From a virus, in IMG/VR virus record IMGVR_UViG_3300045391_001377, positions 1-15,320 of that record: 15,320 bases of DNA, one strand, 5' to 3'. Below the pieces are notes generated by a model. The model was given only the letters and a program-made list of their open reading frames with translations, did no database searches and was not told the origin of the DNA. Positions 13,325-15,320 of this stretch are shown here, in pieces. Both the position numbers and the translations under genes were made by a program. Position 1 is the stretch's first letter. The number at the start of each line of letters is the position of its first letter.

Positions 13325-14157
13325 GGTTCAGAGCCTACTGATCGGCCGCGTTCGGCCCGGGCCTGCTCGATCCCGGCCTGGAACGCCGCCCGGGCCCGTT
13401 CGTGATCGGGTTCGTACTCGGCGGCCGGGCCGGGCAGCTCGACCAGCTCTGGTCGCGGTGGCATCGCCCAGGCCGCCGCGAGGCGCGCCTCGACGGCCGC
13501 GACGGGATCCGGTGTCGGGTCGCCGGCGATCGCCCGGACCAGCTCGTCGACGTCGACGACGGCGGCCTGGAGCCCGGCCAGCTCGTCGACGACACGCCGG
13601 CGTGTCGCGGCCCGGTACGCGAGCCGGTTCACGATCCCGGGTGCGTCGGCCGCCGCGGCGATGTAGCCAGCCAGCTCGTCGAGCGCGGCCTGGGCGTGAG
13701 GCAACAGCTCGGGCGCGGTGGTGGTGGCTGTTCGATCAGCGCGGCGCGTAGAGGTACCACCACCACCGGGCGCCGGCCGCGCGTCTGACGCGGACGATCG
13801 CGCGCGTGGCGCGCGCGATCGCGCGTCTGACGCGCACGGTTGCGCGGCGTCGGCCACGGCGGCCAGCTGTACGCGTGGCGCGCGCGATCGCGCGTCTGAC
13901 GCGCACGGTTGCGCGACCGGGAACCGGTACACGTTCCCTCGGGTCGTGCGCTCGACGACGAGCACGCCGGCGGCCGTCAGGCGGTCGACGGCCCGGGCGA
14001 CCGTGGCCGGGTTGATCCCGGCCGCGGCCGCCAGCTGACGGACGGACAGATCACACCGGCCGTCGACGGTGTGCGCGGCGATCGTGTACGCCAGGCCGAC
14101 GTCGTGACGGACGTTCGCCCGGACGTACTCGACGGCCGCCGCCGTGTCGTCGTTCAC
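13321..14157 (-). CDS. Winged-helix DNA-binding protein, 278 aa. It is a candidate replication initiator or regulator. The start is re-set to GTG 14157.
   Basis: GTG 14157-14155 overlaps TGA 14156-14154. The N-terminal wHTH is LSVRQLAAAAGINPATVARAVDRLTAAGVLVVERTTRGNVYRF. The middle is a repeat-encoded linker (AQPCASDARSRAPR twice). The C-terminal domain is helical. The ORF-track N-terminus up to 14553 is an Arg-rich shadow. Confidence 0.7.
   Translation of the reverse strand: MNDDTAAAVEYVRANVRHDVGLAYTIAAHTVDGRCDLSVRQLAAAAGINPATVARAVDRLTAAGVLVVERTTRGNVYRFPVAQPCASDARSRAPRVQLAAVADAAQPCASDARSRAPRARSSASDARPAPGGGGTSTRRADRTATTTAPELLPHAQAALDELAGYIAAAADAPGIVNRLAYRAATRRRVVDELAGLQAAVVDVDELVRAIAGDPTPDPVAAVEARLAAAWAMPPRPELVELPGPAAEYEPDHERARAAFQAGIEQARAERGRSVGSEP
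13779..13915. repeat. GC-rich direct repeats with embedded palindromes inside the wHTH gene. A 44-bp unit occurs twice (13803-13846 and 13872-13915, 69-bp period), with a third partial copy.
   Basis: The 44-bp unit CGCGTGGCGCGCGCGATCGCGCGTCTGACGCGCACGGTTGCGCG is an exact repeat. It contains the 14-bp palindrome CGCGCGATCGCGCG. GCGCGTCTGACGCG occurs three times (13779, 13821, 13890). Confidence 0.9.
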
Positions 14158-14372
14158 CGGTCGACCGCCGGCGGCCGCCCGGCCGGCCGGTCCGATGGGA
14201 GTTGCCGGCGGCCGTGATTGAACACGAACCCGGCGTCGCGCTGGGCCTGCCTCCAGGCAACCTGATACACGCGGGCGGCCTCGCGGCACTCTGGGCACCG
14301 GCAGCCGGTGTTGTACCGGGATCGCGTGCCGTGCACGGCCTCGGGCGGGCCTGGCCGGCCGGGCCCGGTCAC
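14154..14372 (-). CDS. Small HGT..Y..C-R-C-x2-C motif protein, paralog B, 72 aa. The start is re-set to GTG 14372.
   Basis: The motif is VHGTRSRYNTGCRCPECREAARVYQVAWRQ. There are GTGA overlaps at both ends (14369-14372 and 14154-14157). Confidence 0.6.
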   Translation of the reverse strand: MTGPGRPGPPEAVHGTRSRYNTGCRCPECREAARVYQVAWRQAQRDAGFVFNHGRRQLPSDRPAGRPPAVDR

Positions 14373-14644
14373 GACGGCACCGGCCACGAGTAGACGAGAC
14401 CGCGATGGGTGCCGGTGTACCCGCCGTAGCACTCGACCTCGACCGGGTCGTCGACCGGCGGCGGCGACGCCGGCCACGCCACCTTCCCGGAGCAGCCGGC
14501 CTTCCAGCACGGCCCGATGACGCCACGTTCCCGCCACGCGACGACACGGCCACCCTGGCGGCCGTGTCGTGCGTCCAATGCGGTCATCGGCGGCGCCGGC
14601 GGAACACGATCCGCCGGTGTCCGATCGGGACGATGGGCGACCAT
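14369..14644 (-). CDS. Hypothetical protein, 91 aa from ATG 14644. The alternative start ATG 14587 gives 72 aa.
   Basis: GC3 is high in this frame. The sequence contains CWKAGCSGK...VECYGG. I see no clear Shine-Dalgarno sequence. The ORF-track N-terminus overlaps the upstream gene and is Arg/Ser-rich. Confidence 0.45.
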   Translation of the reverse strand: MVAHRPDRTPADRVPPAPPMTALDARHGRQGGRVVAWRERGVIGPCWKAGCSGKVAWPASPPPVDDPVEVECYGGYTGTHRGLVYSWPVPS

Positions 14645-14696
14645 CGCCGCGGCCGCCAGCTCGACGCCGGCACGTAGCTCAACGTCGTTCGCCGCG

Positions 14697-14933
14697 TCAC
14701 GAGTCGCCCACCTGGAGCATGGCGACCACCTGAACGATCGCGCAGAGCGGCGTCTGGGCGCCAGAGGCGATCGTGCCGGCGTGCTCGGCCAACAGCACCG
14801 CGAGGCGCCGGCGTTCGTCGGCCCGGACCATCGACTCAAACGCCTGGATCGTGCCCGCGGCCGGCGCCGCCGGGTGCTCGTCGACGTGCCGGCGTGCCGG
14901 CGGCCAGATCGCCGTGAGGTTCGGCCCGGTCAT
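14697..14933 (-). CDS. Hypothetical protein, 78 aa.
   Basis: ATG 14933 has an ATGA overlap with the methyltransferase stop (14930-14933). GC3 is high and the composition is normal. Confidence 0.55.
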   Translation of the reverse strand: MTGPNLTAIWPPARRHVDEHPAAPAAGTIQAFESMVRADERRRLAVLLAEHAGTIASGAQTPLCAIVQVVAMLQVGDS

Positions 14934-15320
14934 GCCATCGCCCTGATCGAAGCGAGCAGCTGGCGGCCCAGGTGCTCGGTGTAGGCCGGTGGGATGGCCT
15001 TCGCCAGCCGGTCGACCGGCAGCCAGTCGATCCCCATGGCACGGCGCCGGATCTCCAGCTCACCGGGATAGTTCAGCGAGCCATAGTTGCCGACGACTCG
15101 CGAGTGAGAACCGGTGCCGGCGCGAGCGGCGGCGATGTTGCGGCCGGTCGGCAGGAAACGCCCAGTCTGTCGATCGTGCCGGCACGCGACGCCGCCGATC
15201 GGAACGTTCGACGCGAACAGGCGGTGACGGCGGACGTCGAGCCCGAACGCCGATCCGCACAACGTCACCGCGTCGGCAGGCATGGCCGATCGCGCTCCGA
15301 CGACGTTCTCGACGACCCAG
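14930..15320 (-). CDS. DNA (cytosine-5)-methyltransferase, C-terminal part. It is the same gene as 1..372, with 15251-15320 duplicating 1-70.
   Basis: The frame is continuous with WVVENV at the junction. The tail reads LCGSAFGLDVRRHRLF (motif VIII-like), a short ~45-aa variable region, ELEIRRRAMGIDWLP (motif IX-like) and AKAIPPAYTEHLG (motif X-like). The ORF-track entry 14930..15283 is just the portion from an internal Met. Confidence 0.85.
   Translation of the reverse strand, partial: WVVENVVGARSAMPADAVTLCGSAFGLDVRRHRLFASNVPIGGVACRHDRQTGRFLPTGRNIAAARAGTGSHSRVVGNYGSLNYPGELEIRRRAMGIDWLPVDRLAKAIPPAYTEHLGRQLLASIRAMA
15251..15320. repeat. Terminal direct repeat, copy 2 (identical to 1-70).
   Basis: Same comparison as copy 1. 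Confidence 0.95.

Noticed and set aside
13803-13915. The 44-bp direct repeats as a CRISPR array.
   Set aside because: There are only two full copies with a single 25-bp spacer. They lie inside a coding frame that translates through them, and no cas genes or leader are present.

Overview
The window is a closed circle. Bases 1-70 are identical to 15251-15320, so the unique length is 15,250 bp. It reads as a complete, very small, high-GC (about 70% by eye, not computed) actinobacterial siphovirus-type phage genome, with every credible gene on the minus strand.

Gene order along the minus strand:
- small Cys-rich ORF, then terS, terL and portal
- prohead protease fused in frame to an HK97-type major capsid protein
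- head-tail adaptor, a second neck protein, and the major tail protein
- a basic 147-aa protein in the tail-chaperone slot, then the tape measure and two minor tail proteins
- a perfect 36-bp palindromic terminator and the only large intergenic region
- a 79-aa ORF, a lipoprotein, and a compact orphan C5 DNA methyltransferase that spans the contig junction
- small ORFs, including two paralogous HGT..CRC..C proteins that flank a winged-HTH protein whose gene contains GC-rich palindromic direct repeats
- amidase endolysin, two membrane proteins, a lysine-rich 60-aa ORF, and an HNH endonuclease

I recognise no polymerase, helicase, primase, recombinase, integrase, tRNA or CRISPR array.

Points most worth follow-up:
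1. Iteron-like repeats embedded in the linker-coding part of the wHTH gene, a lambda O/ori-like arrangement.
2. Strong internal in-frame AGGAG+ATG signals exactly at domain boundaries of the protease-capsid fusion and of the endolysin, suggesting nested genes.
3. A 62-63 aa Cys-rich ORF that fills the HNH-terS gap with 4-nt overlaps at both ends.
4. The absence of a canonical tail assembly chaperone pair.
5. Start/stop overlaps (ATGA or GTGA) at about 15 gene junctions.

All functional calls come from reading motifs in the translations. No database search was run.
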